From positions 137,206,001 to 137,270,000 of the forward strand of contig NC_042999.1 in NCBI RefSeq assembly GCF_006345805.1: a stretch of DNA of 64,000 nt. The letters are read 5' to 3'. The position numbers were made by a program, and so were the translations under genes. Shown one piece after another: positions 38,724 through 50,212 of the stretch. The stretch comes from Octopus sinensis. Lineage: Eukaryota. The notes beneath the pieces were generated by a model. The model ran no database searches. It had not been told where the DNA came from and worked only from the letters and a program-made list of their open reading frames with translations. Position 1 is the first letter of the stretch. Each line of letters begins with the position of its first letter.

Positions 38724-41689
38724 GACGGGCTTCTTTTAATTTCTACCAAATCCACTCACAAGGCTTTGTTGGCCCAGGGCCATTGTAGAAGACACTTACC
38801 CAAGGTTCCACACAGTGGGACTGAACCTGGAACCATGTGGTTGGGAAGCAAACTTCTTACTACACAGCCACAATTTATTTTTTAAGTTCAGAAGCTCTCT
38901 CTTTGATTCAAGGTAGCAATGTGAAACAAGAAACATTGTTGAATTTTAGAATCCTACTCAGAAATACAATGCATCATTCACAACAGAATTTGAATTAACA
39001 TGCCATGAACCAAGCACTCTAGCAGTCTTGGATGTTTTAACTTCTACATCCCAGCCATTGAATCAACTCCTTAGTACTCCTATTTATTTACTCTATTTAT
39101 TTACCTTGGAGACAAGAATATCATAAAAATATATGAATAGCTAACCATTCAGAAGCAAACCATTCAAAAACTGATGATAAAATCCATTAGAAAATTGTGA
39201 AAAACTCAAAAGCAAAACATATTTAATATCAATATATCAATCTACTGTGATTAGTAAATGTATCTAAATGGAATGTTTTAGCCATTTACTGGAGTTTAGC
39301 GGAATATAGTTATTTACTGATCTTTTTAAAGATGAGTGATCATGTGTACTTCTCTGTACATGCATGTACACACACACACAATCTTAACCATGAAAACAAT
39401 CAATAGACGAAAGCAATTCATTTTTTTTTTTCTATTTCATTACACACACACACGCACATATATTACAGAAACTCATTCAGTCATACTTTATGCATACTAA
39501 CACATGTATACATTCACACACACGTGTATATACACCTCATTTGCATTTACATACTTTGCCTCTTGGCCATAAAAGCTGTAAACTACACACATGAATATAT
39601 ATACTGTGTGTATTAAAATAGTTATTAAAAAAAAGTAATAGACAAATCTCTATAATAGTAACCCTTCTCCTTCAAAAACAGCAACAAAATCACAAATTTA
39701 ACGATACATATTATAATACAGCTCAGTAAATACATTTAATCAAAAATAGAAATGCATCCTCAAGTGCTTTTGATTTTCAGAAGAGGTAACATAGAATTCG
39801 TATTCAAACAATGATAATTCCCATCTGTTTCACTTGAATTCTTCATGGCTATGGGTTAAATTCTGATAGAAACAAAATGAAAAAAGAAATAATAATAAAA
39901 TATATCTAAAACTAAATGGCAGTATTTAATGTAAGTATGAAAGGGGGTGGTATATAGAAGTAGTCAATAATGAAACTAAAAACAAATCTTCATATATGTG
40001 ATAATGAGTGAAAACTCAAATCTAAAAGAAGAAAAAAGAAAATAAAATCGAATAGTTTGGGCAAACAAGAATCTAGAAAATAGAAAAGTGTATAGACTGA
40101 TGGAAGTTGTTAGGTTGGCAGATATACTAGACAGACAGGCAAACAATCACAGACATATTGACTGACATAGGTATACAGATGGACAAGCATGGACAGACAG
40201 GTGTAGGCAGACAAGCATGGACAGTCAGATAGATGGTAGACACAAAAATATAGCTAGTTAGGCAAAAATGTAGCCAAGATAGGCAGAGATGAAGCCTAGC
40301 TAGGCAGAGAGGTAGAATAAAGTACATTAATATATCAATGATATTAGGAAGTAAAAATATAAAATAAAGGGGAAAATATGGAAGACAAAATATTTTTCAA
40401 TAAACATGGGGCAGCTGATGATATTGATTTAAAGAAAAGTTATATTGAGAGGCAAGAGGAGATAACTTGAAACGATTACAGTTAAGAGGATTTAAGGAGA
40501 GATTAATTTCTAAGCCTTATGAAGACGTAAAAGTGATGGAGATATAGCAAGTATGAAAAAAATAGATTGAAACAAAAATAAAAAAAAATGGTGCTGTAGT
40601 CATGAAGTACAGACATGCATGTATGCACACACAGGTACAAACTGGCACACTCGCTTACACTCACATACTTCACAATCGGGCAAACCCCACACATATACAC
40701 ACAAGCATGCAGTTTACTTTCAAGTAGAGGAAGTAGTTAACTGACAGAGCAATAATAAATGCTTGGAATCAATGAAAATCTCAAGAGGTTTTCCAAGACA
40801 TGCCAAACACTTTGAATAAATAGCAACAAATTACTTATGTCATAATCAATGCTAGTATAGTAAAAATGCCTTCACTGCCATTAGGTGATGTTACCAGAAA
40901 CTAGAAACTTTCAAAGAAATCAATCAATCAATAATGGAAAGAAGCATGTTTTCTATTCCTTTCAGGTTTCTTATGTGTGTGGGTGGGGAGAGACAATAAC
41001 AAAAACAAATGTGTAGTGTATATTAATACTGTGACTGGTTTATATTCAGCTGATCATGTTCATTTATGAGTAACCGATTTTAGAAGCACAAAGGCAGCAT
41101 TTGAAAAGGGTAGGTATTAATAAAGGAAATGGTATTGTGATTCTTTTGATTGAAAACTAGTAATGGAGTGATTCAGCATTTGCTGTGAAACATCATATTT
41201 CACTATCATTTTCTGCCAGCTCCTCTATGTTGGTGGTAATAATAGCGTCGTTAGAGTGCAAGACTCAGTGAAAATAGTTATGAGTTGAGCTAATTGCTTT
41301 ATGATGCATAATTCTGAGTTTAAATCCTGTCAAAATGAATTCTGAATTACCAACATGACATTAGGATTGATTCAATTAAGTATCTTCATCAATTAAGTAC
41401 ATCCGTCTAGGATAAATTGGCCCTTTGCATGTGCATGCAATTCCTTTATCATTAAGATCTCAGTAAATTGATTTAAGCCCACAAACTTTTGAGGGAAGCG
41501 ATAGGAACCATTACATGGTCACTCAGTATGTTAGAGCTAGAAGCTGAATCTCCCTCAAATGATACTCTACCAACTTAAAAACAAATACATTGAATAATGT
41601 TGACTAATATATGGTATTTCTGAAAAACTAAAATGTGGTAGTTATGGTTTCATTGTATTTTCATTATAGGTCTACTCAGTTTGGACCAT

Positions 41690-41940
41690 AGTGGAGGTGT
41701 GTAGTTTAGTAATTAGTGTTGAACTCATGAGTGTAAGAATGTGGTTTTGATTCTTGGACCAGGCGATGTGTTGTGCAAAACACTTCATTTCATATTACTC
41801 CAGTCCAATCAGCTAGTATAACTGTTACCCAGTTACAGACCAGCATATCCCATGAAGGTGGGTAATATATACACAACAGAAGCCAGCCTTGTTACCCTAT
41901 GGCTTAGGAACAACCTTTGGTCCAATCTGGACCATAACCA
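41690..41940 (+). mobile_element. Another tRNA-derived SINE family copy
   Basis: gtggaggtgtgtagtttagtaattag (A-box-like) and ggttttgattcttgg (B-box-like), then cacttcatttcatattactccagtccaatcagct core. Confidence 0.55.
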
Positions 41941-42458
41941 TCATCATAATTATCACCTGTCATTTCTCTTTCTTTTTAAAGCTTTGTGCTTTATATAATT
42001 AATAATCATCATAATTACATATTAATAATGACTATATTGCTAACTTAGCAGTAATAGAAAATAATGAATTTAAATATTTTTAGATACATTTCTCTCTTCT
42101 TCATCTGATTCAAAATCATACCTAGATTAGTTTCGTCTTTCCCGTCTTTAACACTTAAAATAATATCAGTTACATACTGATCTGCTTGTATTGACTATAT
42201 AGTTTCCATCTTTTTGATCCAGTGACTCATGAAAATAAATTAAGTCTACCAAGATATTAATGACAGAATAATTATTCTATCAGTTTACTTTTTACTTTGA
42301 ACTGAAAGTGTCACCAACACTATCTGACTATGATCTATTGTCCTTGTAAAAATGTTCTGTGTGTAGTTAATTTTGTCTGGGTTGTGATTAGTGTTCTCTT
42401 AATGCTAAGGAAGTAAACAAACAAAACAATAGAATACCACTCCAAGTAATTTCTGGTA

Positions 42459-43748
42459 CGAGGGGCGTTCAATAAGTAATGCCCCTGACCCACTTCCCAT
42501 AGCAGTAGAGCAATGAAATTTGGCACAGTTATTAGTCTTTTTCTACATAAAAACCACCCAGAGTTACATTTCTCCCATCGTTTGATGCAGCTCTGGAGAC
42601 CGTTTTTGTAGAAGACCCCAGCTTGGTCCTCCAACCATGACGTGACTTCAGAAATCAAGGCTGCATCATCTGGGAAACGCTTTCCTTTCAAAAACAACTT
42701 CATGACTGGGAAGAGGGGAAAATCAGAGGGTGCAAGGTCAGGAGAGTAGGGGGGATGGGGGAGGAGTTCATAGCTGCACGCCTGTGCTTCTGATCTGGTG
42801 ACATGGGAGTTGTGGACCGGAGCGTTGTCCTGCAGCAGGAGGATGCCTTTGTTGATCTTGCCTCGCCTCTTGATTTTGATAGCTTCTCTTAATTTCCTCA
42901 AAAGTGAAGCATAATAGGCTCCTGTAATTGTGGTACCCTTTGCCAGGAAATCTGTCATCACTACTCCGTCCTGGTCCCAGAAGACTGTGAGCATGACCTT
43001 ACCAGCGGAGGGCTGCACCCTTGCCTTCTTTGGAGGAGGTGAGTCACGGTGCTTCCACTGCATTGACTGGGCTTTGGTCTCTGGATCATAGTGATGGACC
43101 CAGGTTTCATCCTGTGTAATCAGACTTTTGAAAAATTTTGACTCATCTTCTTGGCACATCTCCAAATTCATCTTCAAGCACTCGACGCGTTCTTGCTTCT
43201 GGAAAGGTGTGAGCAACCTGGGAATCCATTTGGCAGACACCTTTTGCATGTGCAGATGGTCATGAATGATAGTTTCCACAGACCCGGTATTAATCTTGAC
43301 CTCATGGGCTATTTGGCGAATAGTTATGCGTCGATCTTCCAAAATGGCAGCCTCAACTTGACGGACAGATGCCTCATCAATGGCAGAAGAGGGTGACCAG
43401 ATCTGGGAGCTGTTTCCACAGAGTTCCGACCATGTTTGAATTCATTATGCCAGGGTTTTACAAGGTCATATGATGGGGCATCATCACCATAAGTTACTTT
43501 AATTTCATCAAAAGTCTTCCGTGGTGTGCGTCCTTTCAAATACAAAAACCGGATCACTGCTCGCCACTCAACAGGCTCCATTTCACACTTGACTCAGTTC
43601 AAACACCTGTAAATCAGAAACCACAATTAGTTCAGAGCTGTAATTTGCCACTTAATTTATAGAGATATAAATAATTGCACTTGCAAAATTTCAGCTAGAT
43701 CAAACAACTGCAAGTGGGTCAGAGGCATTACTTATTGAACATCCCTCG
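42459..43748 (-). mobile_element. Near-intact mariner transposon (1290 bp, DD34D), probably irritans-like
   Basis: 37 bp TIRs cgaggggcgttcaataagtaatgcccctgacccactt (42459-42495) and 43712-43748 with 3 mismatches; TA at 42457-58 and 43749-50. Transposase has WIPRLL, DETW, QDNAPVH and HPPYSPDLAPSDF, with 34 residues between the last two Asp. Two frameshifts (near 43390 and 42565). Confidence 0.96.
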
Positions 43749-43844
43749 TATTTGTATCCTTGTACATATTCTGAGTTCAAATTTAACTGGGTTTGACATT
43801 GTCTTGAATCTTGCTAGAGTTAGTAAAATAAGTACCAATGATAT

Positions 43845-44060
43845 TTTGGTTTCAAATTTTGGCACAAGACCAGTAATTTTGGGAAAGGGGTTAAGTCAAT
43901 TATATTGACTTCGGTGTCCAACTGATACTTATTTTATTGACCCTGAAGGGATGAAAGGCAAAGTCAATCTTGACAGAATTTGAACTCAGACTGTAAAGAA
44001 GGACAAGATGCTACTAAGCATTATGCTTGGTGTGCTAAAGACTCTGCTAGTTCACCTGCC
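43845..44060 (-). mobile_element. SINE family A copy, tail-to-tail with the plus-strand copy interrupted by the mariner
   Basis: ggatgaaaggcaaagtcaatcttgacagaatttgaactcag. Confidence 0.8.
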
Positions 44061-44378
44061 TTGTACCAGTCATATATTGATACTGATTTATTCAACTTTG
44101 AACCTCTCATGTAATTTTATAATCCTTATCCATTGTAAGAAAACAATTATCATAATCCTGATCAATATTACTACTACTATTACTTCTCCAAAATGTACAA
44201 AATTTCGCACCACTGATTGAAATCTTCATTATTACTGTTATTGAGATAGATACAAAGTATTTAGAGATCTACTTTAATAGACCCCTAAATATCTTGCATT
44301 CAAAATCCTTGGGTCAGTTTCCATCAGCGCTAACTTTACCTTTCATGTCTTTGGTGTGTTAATAAATTATATAACACA

Positions 44379-44550
44379 TTATTTACATTACTTACATTTG
44401 ACAGATATTTGTCCTCATCTTTGTTGTTAACACGTTTCGGCTGGAGGGTATATCAGTCGAAACGTTGTGTTAGCAACAAACAAGATGAGGGCAAATATCC
44501 ATCAAATGTAAATAATGTACATAATTCCTCATCTCTTAAACATAGAACTG
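44379..44550. mobile_element. Collapsed Penelope-like element end: palindrome retaining half of a minimal hammerhead ribozyme
   Basis: Inverted arms 44379-44443 and 44454-44524 around loop gagggtatat. ggctg-loop-cagtc-GAAAC-GTT-gtgtt is stem II, GAAAC, palindromic stem III and cleavage triplet; the CTGATGA core is absent. Confidence 0.6.
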
Positions 44551-45711
44551 AATTATATAACATATTATAAATACAATCATGTCTTCTCTATAATACAAAA
44601 CCTTGACCCTTGTCAACAGAAATTTTGACCTCCAGACAAACAGCCTAGACATTCATTTGTCATTGGTTTCTTGTCATTGTTTTCCAAAAGTGACTTAGTG
44701 ACAAATAAGTAGACACTATCTTGTCCCAAAGAAGTGTGTTTTGTTTTCTTTGCTGGGAGAATTGATTTATGAGAAAAGCAATGATTGAAAAATTTTCGAT
44801 AAGTTATTGCTGTAGACAGCACAAACCACCCCTCCTCTTTTGTTTTGTTTAATAAAGACTTTTAAAGTATTATACGGCTCTTGACAAATCAATGTATTGG
44901 AGCCTCTGCATACACAACCATAGCCTTCATAGATTAGTGTTAGATCTCTGGACTTGTACTGCGACTGGGCAAATGCCCAGTGTGCCCATGCCTCAAGATG
45001 GTACTGTGTCTAATCTCAACTAAGATGGAATAAACTCTACTTTTTGTTACAAGAGAGAAGGATTAACACTTAATCCATTCAGTTCTTATTCTACTATTGT
45101 TGTTTAACTCAAGTTGGCTTTGATTGAGAAGACCTATGATTGTTACTCCAACCATAACCATTCTTCCTTTTAAGATAGTTGGAGATAATATGAAGAAGAT
45201 TTGGCAGCTATTCTTAGGAAGCTGATTTGCTGCATAGTGATTCTCTTAGTGACTCAGTGATAAAGTGCAAAATTTAGGTAGATTTAGTTATCATTTCTAG
45301 CAGGTTTAATAACACCTTTATTGTCTTATGTATTACAATAATTGGTTAATATGCTAGGAATTGCATACAAGTACTCATATACTCATTTGTCTTTCATTAC
45401 TCTTTCTTACAAGAGACACACCGCCGGAGGGTCATTACTCCAAGAACTCTCTCTCTACCCTATTCTTCATTTCTTCATCTGTTTACTTTCATTGTTTTCT
45501 CTTTCTTTGCTTCAATATAATTATACTCATATTATTTCATTTTGTGAAACTCCAAAGTTCATGGAACCATTGCCTATACTATTTCCCATTGAGTTAAGTG
45601 AATGATTAAGGCAAATACATTCAAGATAGAACAGTAGTTTTCTAGTTAGGAACACTTTCCTATGACAAGAATCAAACTCAGCACTCCAAATCAACATGTC
45701 ACTTGTCAATT

Positions 45712-45712
45712 T

Positions 45713-45752
<40 letters not shown>
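45712..45752. repeat. (CTA)n microsatellite
   Basis: Direct reading. Confidence 0.95.
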
Positions 45753-45753
<1 letters not shown>

Positions 45754-46314
45754 AGAAGCCAACAAAAGAGAATCTACCATAATCTTTTGAGCAGGTAGAC
45801 ATAGTCACCAAATGTCTTTAAACTGACATTCAATCAAGTGTATTATGAAAACAAGAAAAATATTGGATAATGTAGCCCAGGGTTCACTATTTCTGGAGAA
45901 AAGATGGAATGACCATTGCTACTACTTTTGTTTATAGTGGTGAATTCTACCACCTGTAGTACTTACTTACAGCGAGGGAGACTAATTTGATGAAAGCATG
46001 TGTCCTCTGATTGCAGACCATGGACTATTAATTTGTTTGCTAGTCATTGTCTTGTACATGGCACTCTTTACAGTCATCCTTGCTCTCTTTAGCAAACTGT
46101 GTAAAATAGTCCAGCCGTGATCATCTCCTCTTATTTTCAGGCAAGATATCATCATCATCATCATTTAACGTCCACTTTCCATGCTAGCATGGGTTGGACG
46201 GTTCAACTGGGGTCTGGTGAGCCCGAAGGCTGCACCAGGCCAGTCAGATCTGGCAGTGTTTCTACAGCTGGATGTCCTTCCTAACGCCAACCACTCCGAG
46301 AGTGTAGTGGGTGA

Positions 46315-46710
46315 TTTTATGTGCCACCGACACAGGTGCCAGACGAGGCTGGCGAACGGCCACGCTCGGATGGTGTTTTTATGTGCCACCGACACAGGTG
46401 CCAGACGAGGCTGGCGAAAGGCCACGCTCGGATGGTGTTTTTATGTGCCACCGACACAGGTGCCAGACGAGGCTGGCGAACGGCCATGCTCGGATGGTGT
46501 TTTTATGTGCCACCGACACAGGTGCCAGACAAGGCTAGCAGACGACCATGCTCGGATGGTGTTTTTTATGTGCCACCGACACAGGAGCCAGATGAGGCTG
46601 GCGATCGGCCACGATCGGATGGTGATTGTTACGTGCCCACAGCATGGAGGCCAGTCGGCTACGGCCACGTTTGGATGGTTTTCTCGTGTGCCACCGGCAC
46701 TGGTACCACA
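46315..46710 (-). repeat. Seven-unit 55-63 bp minisatellite in the RTE 3'UTR
   Basis: GTGCC anchor at 46321, 46383, 46445, 46507, 46570, 46633, 46688; unit ttttatgtgccaccgacacaggtgccagacgaggctggcgaacggccacgctcggatggtgt. Confidence 0.95.
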
Positions 46711-46882
46711 AAGATACAAATTCCATTGATGTTCATCTATTTTGATTTTGTTTGATTTTTTGATTTGATTTTTGATTTTGATTTTCACTTGCCTCAACAG
46801 GTCTTCACAAGTGTCACAAGAAGGAAGGTATGCACAGGTGGACTGACTACGTCCCAGGTAGGGGCCACGGGTTATGGCCTGA

Positions 46883-48052
46883 CTAGTCTTGCCGGGTCTT
46901 CTCACGCACAGCATACTTCCATAGGTCTTGGTCTCTAGTCATTTCCTTGGTGAGACCTAAAGTTCGAAGGTCGTGCTTCACCACTTCGTCCCAGGTTTTC
47001 CTGGGTCTACCTCTTCCACAGGTTCCCTCAACTGCTAGGGTGTAGCACTTTTGCACACAACTGTCTTCAGCCATTCTTGTCATATGACCATACCAGCGCA
47101 GCCGTCTCTCTTGCACACCACAACTGACGCCTCTTAGGTTCAACTTTTCTCTCAAGGTACTTACACTCTGACGATTATGAACACTGACATTACACATCCA
47201 TCGGAGCATACTGGCTTCATTTCTTGCGAGCTTACGCATATCCTCAACAGTCACGGCCCATGTTTCACTACCATGTAGCATGGCTGTACGTACACATGCA
47301 TCATACAGTCTGCCTTTTACTCTGAGTGAGAGGCCTTTTGTCACCAGCAGGGGTAAGAGCTCTCTAAACTTTGCCCAGGCTATTCTTACTCTAGCAGTTA
47401 CACTTTCAGCACACCCACCCCCGCTACTGACTTGGTCTCCTAGGTTGCGGAAGCTATCAACTACTTCTAGTTTGTCTCCCTGGAACGTGGTAGAAGTTGG
47501 TCTCTGCACGTTTCCAGAGTTTATTTCTCCTGAGCATCTGCCACATACGAAAACTATCTTCCCAGTTAGCCTACCTTTGACATTGCTGCACCTCTTATGT
47601 GTCCATAGCTTACACTTGGTGCACCTTATAGAGTTTCTACCTACACCTTTTTTACAGATCGAGCAGGGCCATCTACCTGAAGTCGTTTGTGGTTGGTCCA
47701 CCTTCCTACTTATTAGGACTTTGGTTTTGGCTAGGTTGATTCTAAGGCCCTTCGATTCTAATCCTTGTTTCCACACCTGAAACTTCTCCTCCAGTTCTGA
47801 TAGTGACTCAGCAATTAGAGCAAGGTCATCAGCATAGAGGAGCTCCCAGGGGCATCCTGTCTTGAATTCTTCCGTTATTTCCTGGAGGACTATGATAAAT
47901 AGGAGGGGGCTGAAGACTGAACCTTGGTGGACCCCAACCTCTACCCGGAATTCTTCACTGTACTCATTGCCTACCCTCACCTTACTAGCAGCGTCTCTGT
48001 ACATGGCTCGCACAGCTCTCACTAACCATTCATCTATCCCTAGTTTCCTCAT
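46883..48052 (-). pseudogene. RTE ORF2 C-terminal 389 aa (reverse transcriptase, PHD finger, thumb/C-terminal region); uninterrupted but 5'-truncated
   Basis: Provided ORF; RT motifs as above; C4HC3 zinc finger at 47534-47665. Confidence 0.9.
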
Positions 48053-48122
48053 TGACCACCAGATAAGGGATCGGGGGACCCTGTCAAAGGCTTTCTCCGA
48101 GTCAACAAAGCCAGGTACAAGG

Positions 48123-48174
48123 GCTTACCTTTGGCTAGGTAGCTTACCTTTGGCTAGGTAGCTTACCTTTGGCT
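48123..48174. repeat. 2.7 tandem copies of 19 bp gcttacctttggctaggta at the RTE 5' truncation point
   Basis: Units at 48123-48141, 48142-48160 and 48161-48174. Confidence 0.95.
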
Positions 48175-48363
48175 TATTAATAATAATAATAATAATTTAA
48201 TTACAATATTATTATTGATATTAGTTATAATTTAATAACAGTATTATCATTATTGGTATTAATAATAATGATAAGGCAACAAGCTGTTTCATATAAACAA
48301 AACTAATAAAATAATAATAATAATAATAATTTGTATAATAATAATAATAATAATAATAATAAT
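48175..48363. repeat. Degenerate (TAA)n microsatellite
   Basis: Direct reading. Confidence 0.9.
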
Positions 48364-48795
48364 GCAAGACAATATTACTCAGTATGTCTTTCCCTTTCTT
48401 TTAAGGTATCATTCGAAAGAAAGTTGACTGCTTTTTCTAGCTGGCTGAGCAACAGTATAAAAGCTCCCACATAAACATAACCGTTTATTAAGCACCCTAT
48501 ATTTTGATGAGGCCAGTGACTGAAGGAGGCCTAATGCTTTTCTCAGGTCTATATCAACAGAAGTGAAGAGAATTGACTTTAAATGAACACTAACAAACTG
48601 TGTAATTACAAAGTTAATTTTCCAATTATTAAGCCTCAAGTTTGACCCCATTGCACATAAAACTTTGGGTAAGTGTCTTCTGCCATAGCTGTGGATCAAC
48701 CAGTCTTGTGAGTGAAACATGGAAACTGCTTGGCAGTTTATCTGAGGAATTGATCCTATTCTTGGCTGGTAGACCTAATCTGTCACTTAGTTTAA

Positions 48796-49009
48796 CCCTT
48801 TTGTTATCATATTTTTTTTTAAATATACCCTCTTTATTTGAATTAATTTGGAAAATAATGAAGAATTTTGTAAAATAACTTTGTCATTAAGTTGTTTGAA
48901 ACAAATTAACATGAAATTTTGATGGGAAATATTAATTTACACCACTTTAAATTTGTAAGTTTCTACCATAGAACCAGAGGCAGTCTTAGTTTGTTTGGTA
49001 TCAAAAAGG
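48796..49009. mobile_element. TTAA-flanked MITE (piggyBac-like termini)
   Basis: TTAA at 48792-95 and 49010-13; ends cccttttgttatca and tggtatcaaaaagg are imperfect inverted repeats. Confidence 0.75.
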
Positions 49010-49039
49010 TTAACATGAGTACCTGACATTTAGATGACT

Positions 49040-49114
49040 TCAGCAGAATCCACTCTGTTCCAAGTATTCAAGCCAGAATCCTGCTCTGAGAAAGACTTTA
49101 TTTCCTCTGAGGTC
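49040..49114 (-). CDS. Candidate exon following the microexon (DLRGNKVFLRAGFWLEYLEQSGFC*)
   Basis: gtgttcatgtcccttttcag| acceptor 105-123 nt after the two donors; phase 0 reads 24 codons to TGA. Confidence 0.25.
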   Translation of the reverse strand, partial: DLRGNKVFLRAGFWLEYLEQSGFC

Positions 49115-49237
49115 CTGAAAAGGGACATGAACACTAAAGCATCAAAATACTTTAGGAAGTTGAAGCCGTATCTTAGCGTCAGATGACCAGGAATTAAGAT
49201 CGTAGAATTAGATACTCACCATTCTAATTTTACTTAC

Positions 49238-49258
49238 TTCAAAGAGTTTATTGTTCAT
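49238..49258 (-). CDS. Candidate 21 nt symmetric microexon (MNNKLFE) with an alternative in-frame donor at 49220
   Basis: cccagatttccag| acceptor; GAA|gtaagt donor, and ATG|gtgagt 18 nt further on; only phase 0 is open. Confidence 0.3.
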
Positions 49259-50079
49259 CTGGAAATCTGGGAATTTGCCAAAAAACACGCACACACACTC
49301 ACATAATATGGATAATAAAGTAGATAATTAAAAAAGTAAAAAACTGTATGCTAAAATTAATTTTTCTTTCTTTGTATCAATGCAGTAGTAGTGTTAGTGT
49401 GATAAAAATATATAAAAAGAACACAAAATGATACTCCAAACTTATTTCAATTTGTTTTTTTCTCCTATATTTATTTTAATTTTATGTTTATTTTTTTGTA
49501 GTGGCGGGTGAGGGTTATATTTATATATTTTTGGCCTCTTTCATTATTCTGTTTTTCAAAGCAGAATCTAAAAACAATTGAGATAATGTTTGTGCATGCA
49601 GGTACACACTGTGTCTATATTCACGTGTTCTCATATACTATGTACACATGCATATGCACACACACACACACACACACATTTACATGCACATTACTTTATA
49701 TGCTTGCTTGTGTATGTGTGTATAGGTGTGTATTTTTACAGGTTTACATGCACAAATACACACACATACGTGGGCATGCTCACATCACACCAGGCCTCTT
49801 TTACCAAAGTTGTTATTGCTTGCCATGACAATAAAAGTCAGCAGTACAGCAGCAACAGCAGCAGTAGCAGCAGCAATATTCTTTTCTAGCTGTGTCTTAT
49901 TTCAGATAGTAATGTGCTATTTCAGGTGGATGTCAGGCAGGGGTGATGATGAATGGTAGTGGTGGTGATGGTTGTGGTGGTGGTTGGCGGTGAGCTAAGA
50001 TGTGTAATCTAAATAAACACGTCTGGGTTCCTGCTATAAGATACAACCAGCAGATAGAACAGCAGCATCATAACCACTA

Positions 50080-50212
50080 TTATTGTGAGTGTTGTTATTG
50101 TTGCAGTTATTGCTACTGGTGCTGCTGTTGCAGTTATTGTTGGTGCCGCTACAGTTGTTATTGGTGCTGCTGCTGTTGTTGGCATTGCTATAGCTGTTGT
50201 TGCTGCTGCTGT
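50080..50212. repeat. Cryptic triplet repeat (GTT/GCT)
   Basis: Direct reading; source of Thr/Ala- and Asn/Ser-rich ORFs. Confidence 0.85.

Larger units (their letters stand above)
46148..48174 (-). mobile_element. 5'-truncated RTE-clade LINE: RT with inserted PHD finger, about 740 bp 3'UTR with minisatellite, (GAT)n tail
   Basis: ORF 46883-48052: GVHQGSVFSPLLF, YADD (47825-47836), TKV, LGD, HGSETW, LRWYGH, RGRPRKTW. Upstream AKGKPLYLA/FVDSEKAFDRVP with a 1 nt frameshift. Sequence continues past the TAG stop through (AAATC)n and tandem repeats to the (ATC)n run at 46148. Confidence 0.95.

Noticed and set aside
45400-45470. CpG-rich caccgccggaggg segment with a minus-strand gtaaga donor (SWSNDPPAVC)
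   Set aside because: No usable acceptor upstream and too short to assign.
46315-46710. CRISPR-like appearance of the 62 bp arrays (also 56151-56510)
   Set aside because: The whole unit is repeated with no unique spacers, there are no cas genes, the context is eukaryotic, and the array is part of an RTE 3'UTR.
46165-46914. Overlapping 60-180 aa ORFs on both strands (also 56081-56555)
   Set aside because: By-products of the GC-rich tandem array, which lacks stop codons.
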